Below, piece after piece: positions 15,751 through 28,315 of a DNA stretch of 64,000 bases (position 1 is its first letter; every line of letters starts with the position of its first letter). This stretch comes from Eledone cirrhosa. Lineage: Eukaryota. The stretch is taken from contig OZ024740.1 in NCBI GenBank assembly GCA_964016885.1, positions 221,340,001-221,404,000 on the forward strand. The letters are read 5' to 3'. The position numbers and the translations under genes are program-made. Below the pieces are notes generated by a model. It was given only the letters and a program-made list of their open reading frames with translations, ran no database searches and was not told the origin of the DNA.

Positions 15751-16916
15751 TATTAAATTCAAAGGGGTATATATATATAATTAGACATAGTCACAGATAC
15801 ATATATGAGTTTGGCAACCTTTCATGGTGTGGCTCAATGAAGAATTAATTAAGCAAATAATTATTAATCAGAGCTATATATAAAAATGCAAGTCCGAAGA
15901 ACCATTAAATAAAATATATACAATATTTCCTCTCCCAATCAGTATAAATTAACCACATAAAAATCATTTAAACGAGGCTATAAATTTAAAATGTACTTAT
16001 GAAGAAATAATAGACAAATGATACAGATTATTTTCCGCGATGTACAGCCATATGACACTTATCTAATTATTTCTTCTAGCCTGTAGAAATTGACTAGACA
16101 AATAGTTAACTACACGGAATTAGGTACAAAATAGAAGTTTGAAGAAAAAATGCACATAAATTTTACCAAAATTCTCCTAGTCTCGACCACCGTTGGTTTC
16201 TTCCACTTTTTGGATATATCCGATCTTGGATACGTCCACGAGGCCTGGAACTCTTTAGGAGATATCTCAGACTGGACTAAGTTTCTTCTACCATGATCTC
16301 CGCCAGAAATGAATTCAAAATGGCTAAGAACTATCACGTGGCTAGCGGTCAAGGCAGAAAGTTTGTGATTGGTGCCTGTCGGCGAGTAGGCTGTTTGCTA
16401 GAAAGCGCAGCCGAATATTGCCTAAAGTTTTACTCAAACTTACGGGAGTATATATTAAATTCAAAGAGGTATATATATATAATTAGATATAGTCACAGAT
16501 ACATATATGAGTTTGGCAACCTTTCACAGTCTGAGGTATCTCCTAAAGAGTTCCAGGTCTCGTGGATGTATCCAAGATTGGATATATCCAAAAAGTGGAA
16601 GAAACCAACGGTGGTCGAGACTAGGAGAATTTTGGTAAAATTTATGTGCATTTTTTCTTCAAACTTCTATTTTGTACCTAATTCCGTGTAGTTAGCCATT
16701 TGTCTAGTCAATTTCTACAGGCTAGAAGAAATAATTAGATAAGTCTCATATGGCTGTACATCGCGGATAATAATCTGTATCATTTGTCATTTATTTCTTC
16801 ATAAGTACATTTTAAACTTATAGCCTCATTTAAATGATTTTTTATGTGGTTAATTTATACTGATTGGGAGAGGAAATACTGTATATATTTTATCTAATGG
16901 TTCTTCGGACTTGCAT
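15751..16916. mobile_element. Inverted/direct rearranged non-coding element with two hammerhead-like motifs (core CTAAAGA)
   Basis: About 390-bp inverted arms 15885-16274 / 16527-16916 and a direct repeat 15751-15824 / 16453-16526. Motif TCTC-CTAAAGA-GTTCCA...TGGAA-GAAACCA acgg TGGTC-GAGA at 16539-16620 (+) and 16181-16262 (-). Confidence 0.8.
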
Positions 16917-16945
16917 ATATATATATTTATATATCAGTGGTACTG

Positions 16946-17017
<72 letters not shown>

Positions 17018-17019
<2 letters not shown>

Positions 17020-17549
17020 GTGCTTGGGGAGGGTCTTATTGTTATAATATTGCCAAAAATAACGGTTAAAAATGTAGATATAAATATACATCAACTAGAA
17101 ATAGATTGACATATATATATATAAAATAAATACATGAAACAATCACAGGGAATAATTTGCAAAGAATGCAAGCACACATAGCTAGGTAGGCAACTAATTA
17201 AAGTTTGACTAGAACTTCAAATATAGATACCTTTTAAAATGATTAATCTCTTTTGTATATATTTCTTTAAGTAAGAAATATATTTCACCTATTAATCCGT
17301 AAATCACAGCAGTTAAATTCTTGGATATTCACCAAAGGAGAAGAAAATAACCATCTGTGTTTACACAGCAAATACAAATCTGTGAATGATTCGAACCACA
17401 TGTTGCATTTAAAAAAAAAAATACAAGGAGATTAATCATTTTAAAAGGTATCTATATTTGAAGTTCTAGTCAAACTTTAATTAGTTGCCTACCTAGCTAT
17501 GTGTGCTTGCATTCTTTGCCAATTATTCCCTGTGATTGTTTCATGTATT

Positions 17550-17602
<53 letters not shown>

Positions 17603-18045
17603 AATTTATTTCTAGTTGATATGTAATGCTCGGATCTAATCTTTGAGCTTATTCTACGGTGGATATGGCGCTTGTCTCTCAGACGTGACAACCCTTAATT
17701 TTAATTTTGGATATATAGATATAAATATATATATATAGTCTATCAAAGTTCTTTCATCACACACCAGCGACATCATCAGTGGTACTGTTATGTTTCCTCC
17801 CGTTGTATTGTAATGCCTACGCCATTTTTATTTAATTTATTTAACCGTTGGTCAATCAATGATAAACATTGATTGCCAGATAAATTAACTATGGAGATAT
17901 AAAAGATACAAAAGCGAAAACAAACCCAAACCAAACAGTGAATGTCTTCTGTTATTATTTCTGGCAATATTATAACAATATGACCCTCCCCAAGTATAAC
18001 AATATTTGTTTCGACACACGATTTCATATAAAAACTTTGCAAAAA
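17018..18045. mobile_element. Rearranged non-autonomous Penelope terminal-repeat fragment (family of 24138-24929), interrupted by a palindrome
   Basis: Terminal motif cttggggagggtc at about 17023 and inverted at about 17982-17994. Hammerhead TACCA-CTGATGA-TGTCGC tggtgt GTGAT-GAAAG aa CTT-TGATA at 17741-17784 (-). Confidence 0.7.
17085..17625. repeat. Inverted repeat (about 165-bp arms, about 175-bp spacer) spanning (TA)n tracts
   Basis: 17085-17250 is the reverse complement of 17428-17625, apart from TA tract length. Confidence 0.85.
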
Positions 18046-18364
18046 AAAAACAAAAAAAATTAAAGGTGTTCGCTCTAACATGGCTGTATTCATATATAAG
18101 TATGAGTATTTTGTATATCTAGCGATATACGGTATGTTTATGAATAAACACTTTGAAAGCCTTCAGCTATGGAGTTTGGAAATTGATGGCGCAGCACCAT
18201 TTAGCGGATTTTAGCAGAAGCAAGGGTGAGTAACTGTCTGACTGGTCGTTATCAAGACAGTGCTCTCTTACCCTGTTCTTTACTGGAACACAATATAGAC
18301 GAAAACATATAGTTTTAACACCTATGTACATGGGATGATTATTTGCATATAGAGCTGTATAGAA

Positions 18365-18475
18365 TTAAGGTGTTTTCCTCCATAAAATTGGGAAGATGGC
18401 AGTCCACTTGAGGAAGGACCCTCGTGAAGTGGGGTGGCTATTGCAGCGGGTCTCGCTTACCATTCTGGATGAGAT
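18365..18475 (+). mobile_element. CRE-type retrotransposon C-terminal fragment
   Basis: GVFLHKIGKMAVHLRKDPREVGWLLQRVSLTI is homologous to the 58370-58610 fragment. Confidence 0.6.
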
Positions 18476-18614
18476 ATTACATCTTAAGATCAGTCAGATC
18501 ATTATTCAACTTAGTATCATTTCTATATTTAAGAAAAATAGAGTGTCGATATTACTATAAGGATCATTTGCTCTACGGATTAGTTTAAACGTTGGATAAA
18601 GAATCCTTATAACA

Positions 18615-18995
18615 ATAATTATTTCTACTTTTGGCAGAAGGCCAGCAATTTGAAGGGATTAAATCGATCTCAGTGCGATTCTGGTACTTATTTTATCGAC
18701 CCCGTAAGGATGAATGGTAAGGTCATCCTCGGTGGAATTTGAACTTAGAATGTCGTCAAGTGCCGCGAAGTATGTTGTCCGACGCTCTACCGATTCAGCT
18801 AATAAGAGTTTCTAAATTTGGCACAAGGCCAGCAATTTGTTGGGAGGGGAATGTACTTAACTGGTAGTCTGTTTTATCGATCAAGGAAGGGTGACAGGCA
18901 AAGTTGACCTCGACGGGATTTGAACACAGAACGTAAAGGAGACTAACTATATGACACAAAACATGTTGTCCGACGCTCTACCTAGTTCTGCCAAA
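18615..18995 (-). mobile_element. Two tandem SINE family A copies
   Basis: ttttatcgaccccgtaaggatgaa...ggaatttgaact motif twice. Confidence 0.75.
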
Positions 18996-20269
18996 CTTAA
19001 ATATTAATAATGACAAGCGCATGTCGTTTCCAACAATTCTATGATGATATAACGTTATGTTTAGCCATAACTGATGTATAACACCTTAGGTGATCTTCGC
19101 ACTTATCAACGTACGTCTATTATCTGGGTTTTCATGGATTAAAGGAAGGGCAAGACAAGGTCATTATATCTAAGGGAGACAACTAGGTCCAAGGTTAGTC
19201 AAGAAAATCATCAATGCTAGAGTCAAAAACCTTAATGGGACTCTTTAATAGTGCGTATTCGAGTTGTAGTCTTGTCAGAGTGTCCCTCAACACTCCCATG
19301 GAACATGTAAACATCATTTGAGCAACACGATAATATAATCTGGCTTGGATCAAAGCATGGTTAAAATTTGTTTGTACGGGAAGAGAACATAACTCCGTAA
19401 TTCATAGACAATCAACACCTGAGGCTATAAATATTTGCAAGATGTATTATTTTAAGTAAAGGGTGAATAGTTGTACAAAGAACTACGTGGCAGTGTATAT
19501 ACAGTTTAAAGTTATTTTTACCACTTAGGTAATAAAGCAATAACAACAACAAAAACCTATTGAAATATCAGCCAGGAAGTCATATACATACATAAATACA
19601 TACATACATATACATACTTATATACATAAATACATACGTACATTCATATACATATATAGATATACCTACATATATACATAAATACATACATACGTACATA
19701 CATTCATATATACATGCGTATATACATAAATATATACATACTTAAATACATACATACAAAGCTGCCTACATGAATATATATACATACATGGATGCATATT
19801 TACGTATATGCATATATATATATACATACACGAATGCGTACATACTGCATATAGACACATATATCCATCCATACATACATACATGCCTGCATGCATACAT
19901 ATACGCCTGCATACATAAATAGATAGATACATACATACATACATACATACATACATACATACATACATACATACATACAAACATACATACATACACTCGA
20001 CATTATCTCCACCCTAGAAACAAACATCCAACGAAGGACCTTTGTTTCTAGGTTGGAAACATGAAATGGACTTCCTCCACACAAATTGTTATATAAACAG
20101 TAGCATCTGAATGAACCTTTGATGGTCTGCACTGGCAAATAAAGTAAGTATAAACAGTTCAGAAGTTGAATAAATTGGTTTCTAACTCGGAGAGAGAGGT
20201 GTTTTTCTTTTGTATACATAGTATTGAATAAATAGGCGGTATAAATTGCGGTATAAATTGCGGCTCTTT

Positions 20270-21800
20270 TTCTACTCTCTGAGTTCAAATCTCGCCGAAG
20301 TAAACATTGCCTTTCATCCTATCCAGGTCGATAAAAAAGTACCAGTCAATTACTGGGATCGATTCTTCCACTATACTTCTTTCTCACTTCCATTTTCTCA
20401 TTCTTTATCCTTCTCTGGGACAAATCTGCTGTATTCAAACTTGGAGAGGAGATGGGCCTCGCCGGGTTTTAAAAATGCCAAAGAAAAGCCACATGTCAAT
20501 ATGTCGCCCGTACAACTCCATCAGGAGTTACGGGTCCATACACACCATATATACATTAAATAAATAGGTGTGAACTGAACGAGCGGAGGCTGCACTTGTA
20601 TATCAGAATTAACAGAGTCTTTAGAACGTCGGATAGAATGCTTTGCGGTATTTGTTCCGGCTCTCTGCTCTCTGAGTTCAAATCCCACTGATGCCTTTCA
20701 TCCTTTCGAGGTCGATAAAAAAATTACCAGTCCAGTATAGGGGTCACTTCTTCCTCTATATCTCTTTCTCACTTCCATTCTCGAACTTTCTATTCTTCTC
20801 CGGAGGAAATCTGTGTTCAGACCTGGAGAGGGATGGAATCCACCAGGCTTAAAAATGGCCAAGAAACGCAGTATGTTACTACGGCACCCCTACGTCTCCA
20901 TCACGAATAAAATGCCTTGTCGTATTTAGGGTCTGTCTTTACTATCTGAGTTCTAATCTCACCGAATTCAACTTTGTCTTTCATACCTGCAGGTACTTAC
21001 AATAAACACTAGTTAGGTATTGGGGAAGTGAATTGGCTGAGTACTGGTTGTTAGGGTGTTAGATTAAATGCTTAATGGTATTTGTTCTAATCCCGCCGAG
21101 GTTAACTTGGATTTTCCTCCTTTCAGGGTCGATAAATAAAGTACCAATTCAAGGGCAGTGATTTGGCGGAATTGTTAAAACATCGGTTGAGATACCTTGT
21201 CGTATCTATTCCGGAATTTCGTGTTCTGAGTTCAAATTTTATTGAAGAAGTCAAATCCCACCATAGAACCACAACTGATTCTCAAAGCTGCAATGGCTGA
21301 AAGAGAATTATGATCGTCTGTTACTGCTGTCGAACGATGATGATGGTGAATGTGGTAGATTTAATAGACTGATAATAGTCTCTCAGGCTTATTAATAGAA
21401 AAGACGATGTTGGAAGATCACGTCACTAACAGTTATTCTTATTGCAGTCTGAGATTTAACGGCAAATAAAGTTGTGAACTATAAGCAGCGAAATGGCAGA
21501 GTCATTAGAACGTCGGATAGAATGTTTCGTGGTATTCCTTCCGACTCTCTGTTTTCTGAGTTCAAATCCCACCGAGGCCAGCTTTGTCTTTCATTCATTT
21601 AAGATTGATGAAAAAGTATCAACCAAGTACTGGGATCGATTCTTCCTCTATATCTCTTTCTCACTTTCTTTCTCTCTCGCTATCATTCTTTCGAAGAAAT
21701 CTATAGTGATTGGCTCCACCAGGTTTTAAAATGCCCCAGAAACGCCGTATATCAATACGGGGCGCCTACCACTCTCTCAGGAGTCACGGGTTCATACAAT
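20270..21800 (+). mobile_element. Cluster of SINE family A variants, some with a longer 3' tail
   Basis: Repeated tctgagttcaaatc...gcctttcatcct...gtcgataaaa..gtaccag at about 20278, 20670, 20945, 21085, 21225 and 21555. Tail ...caggagtcacgggttcatac. Confidence 0.75.
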
Positions 21801-23564
21801 ACAATTCAAAGTTGTGAACTCCAACAGCTACAACATTCAAGTTTGAAATCAACGACACCCGGTATTATTAGCTTTAAAATAGTACGAGAAACGAATTGCA
21901 GCTGTATAAAATTATATGGGGGCTCGACTCGGCTGATTGTTATCAGGACTATGGCATCATACATGATGAAGGAAACTTGCCATGTAGAATAGCTGACGCA
22001 GTGAGTATCGTTGACAACTTCACGGCAATGCTTTCGTTATATCGGAGATATGCGGTTTAGCCAAGAAGTTTTCCCCTCCCCATTTCTCTTCATCCTCCTT
22101 TTTCTCATCTATATGAATAAAAGTATTTACATGGTTATGAAAATCCAGTCAAATTACATTTTATGTTCTAAGGACTAAACTGTTTCTTTTTCTAATAGCT
22201 TTAGAGAACATCGTCAGCAGGAGGTTTTAAATTTGAATGCGAGCAAAATTTCGTCCACAGTCGAGGATTTTTGAACCCATGATAAAAACTTCATCGACGT
22301 CTGCTGTGAACAGGTTTGTTGTTATTTAGTCCTAAGAAATCCATAGTCGACAGGGCGTATCACTAAACGCATTCTAATCGTAACTATCTCGTTTTTGAGT
22401 TTATCTCAGACTACATTATTTATCATCCTTACTTTTTTAAAAAGATGGTATGGTTGATTTGAAGGCATACTATCATCTAGTAATTAGAGTGTTAACGCAA
22501 CTAAAACCAGTTGACGGAGGGTCACCACGCGACGGACTGGCGTTCCGCATAGTATTCTTGGTGGCGTAATGCCACAGGAAACCATATTAAGATCCTAGGA
22601 TCAAGAAAGCTTTTAAAATCAAATAATACTTTTAATCGTGAGGTTTGAGAGATTTGACTGATGTTTTAGTAGGTCGTCTGACAGTATCGAGCACTCTCAT
22701 TGTTTCTTTCTGATAACAGTTGTTTTAAGTGTTGCCGTTATTGTTATTTAAACTCGAGCCAAATTTAATAAAACAAACATATTTCTTAGTTTTTCATATT
22801 TTAGACAAAGTATTAGTTTAAAATTATATTATTCGATGCATTAAAATTAGCGGATGAAGTCCTCAGAGTCAACGGCCAACCACCTCAACTATGGGTTAAA
22901 TAGCCTCACCAACCCGCAGTTGGCTAAGCGTGGTTTGTATAGCTACACCCCTGAAGACTTGACCGAACCCAAACAGAAAATGTGGAGGTTAACCTTGGAG
23001 GGATTCCTCCAACAGGAGTGAAAGGACCTGGGTTGGAATGGATTGGATTGGATTTTCACTATTGTTTGGGTGTCGGATGGAATGTTTTACTAATTTGTTC
23101 CGACTCCCTATGTCTTCAAATCCTGCCGAGGTCAACTTTGCCTTTCATTTGAGCTGAAGTCAATAAATAAAGTAGTAGTCAAGTACTGGGGTTGACTTTT
23201 ATCTCTGTCTTTGTCTAACTTCCTCTTCGTGTGTATATTGTCAGTCTGCCCCTCTTTGAGTTGGTTACGTTGTACCGTGAGGAGGGTTATAGATGACCAC
23301 TCACAACGAACCTTTCTCTAGAAATGGAGGAGGGTTCAGCATGGAGATTAACAAATTTTCTCAGAAAAACTATGAAAATATGTGATTTGAGGAGTAGTTG
23401 TCTAGTATTCCTATCAGGCAGATCATATAACAACGTAGATAATCACCCAGTGGCTTGAAACAGATACTAAGTGGCTCTCTTGACAACAATTATATATGTA
23501 AATATATCTGTATTAACAGCTAGACATACATTTACATATACACACATACACACACGTGTATATA

Positions 23565-23629
<65 letters not shown>

Positions 23630-23638
23630 CTATAAATA

Positions 23639-23699
<61 letters not shown>

Positions 23700-24137
23700 C
23701 TTTAAATATATATATATATACATAAACATAAGAAAAAATATATATCGTGTCATATATATCATATATGGTATATATGTATGTGTCCCTATGTGGCCGTTTG
23801 TATATACATACATACACTTTATACAGACACACTGCAGACTGCAGTCTACTGACTGTTGCTTTCGATATTTTTCTTTTGTTGACTTAATTATAGGTATAAA
23901 GTTCTGTCACCCCCCTTCCCCACTTTTAATCAGCAGCCATGTTCAATATATGTGAACATTAGTGTCTGGTGACAGCTATTTGACAAATATGTGTCCTAAT
24001 TACTGTTATCACTAAGCTTAATAACAGGAAAGAGCAGTAAACCTTACATGCTATTTCATTTAATATACTAATGCAAATAGTGTCGATCACGAAGGCTCCC
24101 GCTGATTTATTGTTTTCATATATATACATATATATAT

Positions 24138-24929
24138 AGTTTTGCGAGGTTTTTGATATGAAATCGTGTGTCGAAACAAATATTGTTAATACTTGGGGAG
24201 GGTCATATTTGTGTAATATTGCCAGAATTAATAACAGAACACACTCACTGTTTGGTTGGTTTTCGCTTTTCGCTTCTGTGTCTTTTATATCGGTAATCTA
24301 ATTTATTCGGTCCTCAATGTTGTCATTGACTGACCAACGGTCAAAAATAATACAGATACAATATAGACACAAACACATATATATAGTTTATCAAAGTTCT
24401 TTCGTTGCACATCTGCAATATCGTCAGTGGTGCTATTGTTTCCTCCCGTTGCATGGTATTTTCTACGCCATCTTTATTTAGTCTGTCTATATATTTATTT
24501 ATTAGTTTATTTTATTTTGTCTTCTTTGCGCATGCGTTTGCGTGTGTGTATAGTGTTTTGTTTGATGTGTGTTGGTTAATGTATTCTATCTTTACTAGTG
24601 TGTGTTTATATGTGTTTGTTGTTATTGTGCTTGTGTATGTATTTATGTATGTATTTATTTATCTATTTATTTATTTATACTTCTCTTAGGTCAGTGTTGT
24701 TTGTTTGGGTGTTGTTATTCCATTCATTCTTTCTGTTTAGCCTTGGCCTTCTAAGTTCTATTTCACTGGCCTCTCTGATTTGCCTATCTGCTGGGTCATT
24801 TCTATGTTTAGATATTATTCTAATTTCTATGTTGTCTATGTTACCGTCGTGTTGTTGTCTGGCATGTTCGTATAGTACTATACGAACATGCCAGACAACA
24901 ACACGACGGTAACATAGACAACATAGAAA
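24138..24929 (-). mobile_element. Severely 5'-truncated Penelope-like element ending in a snap-back palindrome
   Basis: VLYEHARQQHDGNIDNIEIRIISKHRNDPADRQIREASEIELRRPRLNRKNEW aligns with the C-terminus of ORF 36458-37080. Hammerhead CTGACGA...GAAAG aa CTT at 24390-24431 (-). Perfect palindrome 24824-24929. Confidence 0.85.
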
Positions 24930-24956
24930 AAGCACCATAGCAACCATTATACACAA

Positions 24957-25002
<46 letters not shown>

Positions 25003-25639
25003 TGTGAGCTAATAGACATACATATAAATATATTATAAATATGTATAAATATATACTTATATATATATACATATATATATATGTATGTTTATATATGTAC
25101 TGTATATATGTATATATATATATGTGTGTGTGTGTATATGTATGTATATATATATTCCAGTTATCAATTTGTGTGCGGTTAGTCTTTCTCATTTAATCGT
25201 CATAATATATATGTATGTGTGTGTATGCAGGCTAGAGCACTCAAACGAGGTGCGTAGGTGAATCTGTTTCCTCCGGAGTAACTCAACAGGTAAGTCAACA
25301 GGTTAAAATTAACTTTGTTTATTCATACTCACTGCAATATATATTTCGGTGATAACCATTATTCAACAGTTATGACGGCATCAGGCAGCTAGAACTTGAA
25401 CAGAAAAAACAGGGAAACAAAATGGTAGAATAGAGTTTACCTTATTAATTCGTTGAGTTACTCCAAGATCCGAAATGTGGTGTCGTTAATTCAAAGAACT
25501 GGTGGCATATGAACTAAAATGAACGAACTCGAGCATCAGAAGGCTATACTTTTCTCTCAATCGTTGTATACGATCCTAACAGGTCAGTTGTCCCTGAAGC
25601 AGGTCAGTCTGCTAGGGTTGATTTGAACAATCAGCTATA

Positions 25640-25830
25640 ATTGTTTCTATTTTTTGGCACAAGGCCAGCAATTACCCAGTACATTACTGGTACTTTATTT
25701 TATCGACCTCGTAAGGATGAAAGGCAAAGTTAACCTCGGCGGGATTTGAACTCAGATCATAAAGGGACGTAACTCTATGCTTCAAAGCATGGTGTCCGAC
25801 TCTCTACCGATACTGCCAATCCACCTCCCT
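25640..25830 (-). mobile_element. SINE family A, full length
   Basis: Nearly identical to 14310-14505. Confidence 0.85.
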
Positions 25831-27257
25831 CATCAGCTATAATAACCGTATGTGGGGGAGTTTTGGTCTAGTTGACTTATTTTACTATAGTGGCAGTGGT
25901 GTAAGCCGGTTAGCCACTATCTCTCTTTTGTGGTAGTATTGTAGTTGCTAGAGAAGAATTTATCTGTGTAGCCCGATATGGGTTCATCTGGAAGCGTGAG
26001 TGCTTATCCATATCCTGATAGTAGGAGGTGTTAGAATTATAACTGTAGGTGTTAAAACCTATACGTGTAAAACTTTATAAGTGTTAAAAATTAATGTGTT
26101 AAACATTATAATCGATATTTTAAACATTTAGTACATACCCACAAACAGATATCTACGTATCCCCGCACGTACATACACATATATACATGCTTGCACACAC
26201 ACACACACACACACATCTATACCTTCACATACATCTATACCTAAGTATATCTGTGTACACATCTATACATGCATTCACACGAGTACACACACACACACAC
26301 ACACAGACACACACAGACACACACACACACACGTGTACCCTTTGGAGGAGTGGGAAGAGAAATAATAGGTGCTTCGTATTTACTTATCACTGTTAGTACG
26401 GATTTTTGTGTGCGAAAGAGGTTAGGTTTTCAGTAGCTTGTCCTTCGAAGAACTTGATCACTGCTCGGGGGAGGATGGTGAACCCCGGTGGTCGGAAATG
26501 TGGGGGGCATGGAGATCACCAGTGTAGAACCCTGCCAAAGTATATTATCTCGCTAATTAACTAGTGGCCGTTAACTTGGGTTCGAACTAAGGAAGTGAAA
26601 AGGGAGGGTGAACCACAGCGATGCGAGGCACAGGCGTAGCCACTAAGTAATGGTGGCTCTGTGGTGTTTTAAATGCGAGTCGAGGAAAGAAGGGAGGAAA
26701 GAAAAGAGGTAGGTCCAGTGGGCGGGGTTAGTGTCTCTGGACCTACCTTTGAGAGGGGGAATTGTGAGAGAGTAAGGTATGTTGTAGGAAATAGAGGGTC
26801 GCAGAGAGTTTGGTGGTTTAGTGAGAGAGCAGCTTGCCCTTACCATTATTAACAGTGACTCTATCACCACCACAGCTGCTTGCCGCCTCCTTCTACTCCA
26901 CCCACCCATTCTCCATCTTCCACTTCCTTACCATAGCCCTGGTATTACTATAACACCTATCCCCTGTCCCTCACTCTTCTTCGTCTTCTTCTTCTCCCCC
27001 CTCCCACTTTCTCTTCCTCCTTCTTCTCCTGCTTCTTCTCGTTCTTCCTTTCCTTCCCCTTCTCCCCCTACTACTACCAGTCGAAACCAATAATTGAAAC
27101 TGCTACCACCTCTCTTGGTCAACAATAACAGAGAATGAAAGAAAATTTCGGACAAAAATATGAACTTTCCGCTCTAAATATGTATGTAAAAACTAAAAAT
27201 ATTTTTTCACCATTTTATTATTATTCGTATAAATATGCAATTTAACTGCACCATTCA

Positions 27258-27900
27258 CTTCCGTCAGCCAGATTTGCATATCAGCAGACTGTCCAGTCAG
27301 TTTATGTATATGAGCGATAAATGGCCGGCTTTGCCAAATTCACATGCCAACACAAGAGCAAGAATGAACGGTTCATTCTACTGACATGGCTATACAATTT
27401 AGGCTTGTTTGCATAATTGCAAACGAATCGAATGTTATTATTAATATTCGAAAAACTTTGATTACATTTATTGTAGACGAAAATTTTCTTTTTTATTTGA
27501 ATTTGGCAAAGCAGGCCATTTATCGCTCGTATACAGGAAATTGACTGGCCAGTCTGCTGATATGCAAATCTGGCTGATCAGTGGATCTGCTAATATGCAG
27601 ATCTGACTGATCAGCCAGTCTACTAATATGCAAATCAGGCCGATCAGTCACTGTGTGTTTTTGAAAAGAGAATATATTTTCACTAGCTCTGACAGTTGGC
27701 AGGTGAACAGTGAGCTGTACTGATGAAGGGTGATACCCAGAAACATTATTGTCTGCAGTTCTGTTCACATGCCAACACAAGAGCAAGAATGAAGGTTTCA
27801 TTCTACTGACATGGCTTTAAAATGAGGCTTGTTTGCATAATTGCAAACGAATCGAATGTTATTATTAATATTCGTAAAACTCAGATTACATTTATTGTAT
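27258..27900. repeat. Composite inverted + direct + 33-bp tandem repeat block
   Basis: 27264-27341 inverted at 27499-27578. 27340-27475 directly repeated at 27765-27899. Three about 33-bp units at 27550-27648. Confidence 0.8.
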
Positions 27901-27924
27901 TCAGCCGTGTAGAGCGAACATTTG

Positions 27925-27971
<47 letters not shown>

Positions 27972-28137
27972 TTCTGTTTCAACTATATATACACATATAC
28001 ATAGTATGTAATTTATGTGAATTTATTTGGAATTTCTAGCAGGTTGAGCGACTACGTGAAGATATATTCGTTGATACAATTGGTTTACATCCAGAGTATG
28101 ACGGTGAAAATCTCTTAATATCCATCATCATATAGAC

Positions 28138-28315
28138 CAGGCATGTCTGCCCTTTACAAACACACTTCCGGCCCGCACAAAGGTTTTTATTGCGCGAGCA
28201 TGTTTTATCTTCGTAAAATTAGTTGTAATGTACGCAATTAGCTGTCGTGTGTGGCCCTCAGACAATACATATGTGACCATGTGGTTCTCGGAGGACCCTC
28301 AGTTTGACATGTCTG
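28138..28315. mobile_element. hAT MITE
   Basis: TIR caggcatgtc / gacatgtctg. 8-bp TSD atatagac / atatagat. Confidence 0.75.

Noticed and set aside
16110-16691. Two ORFs with identical C-termini on opposite strands (similarly 32645-32854 / 35761-36108)
   Set aside because: By-products of inverted repeats; no recognisable protein features.
26643-27155. ORFs in a GC-skewed low-complexity region
   Set aside because: Purine/pyrimidine simple sequence; no domain or splice support.
27550-27648. Regularly spaced repeats suggestive of a CRISPR array
   Set aside because: Head-to-tail tandem units without unique spacers, in eukaryotic context with no cas genes.
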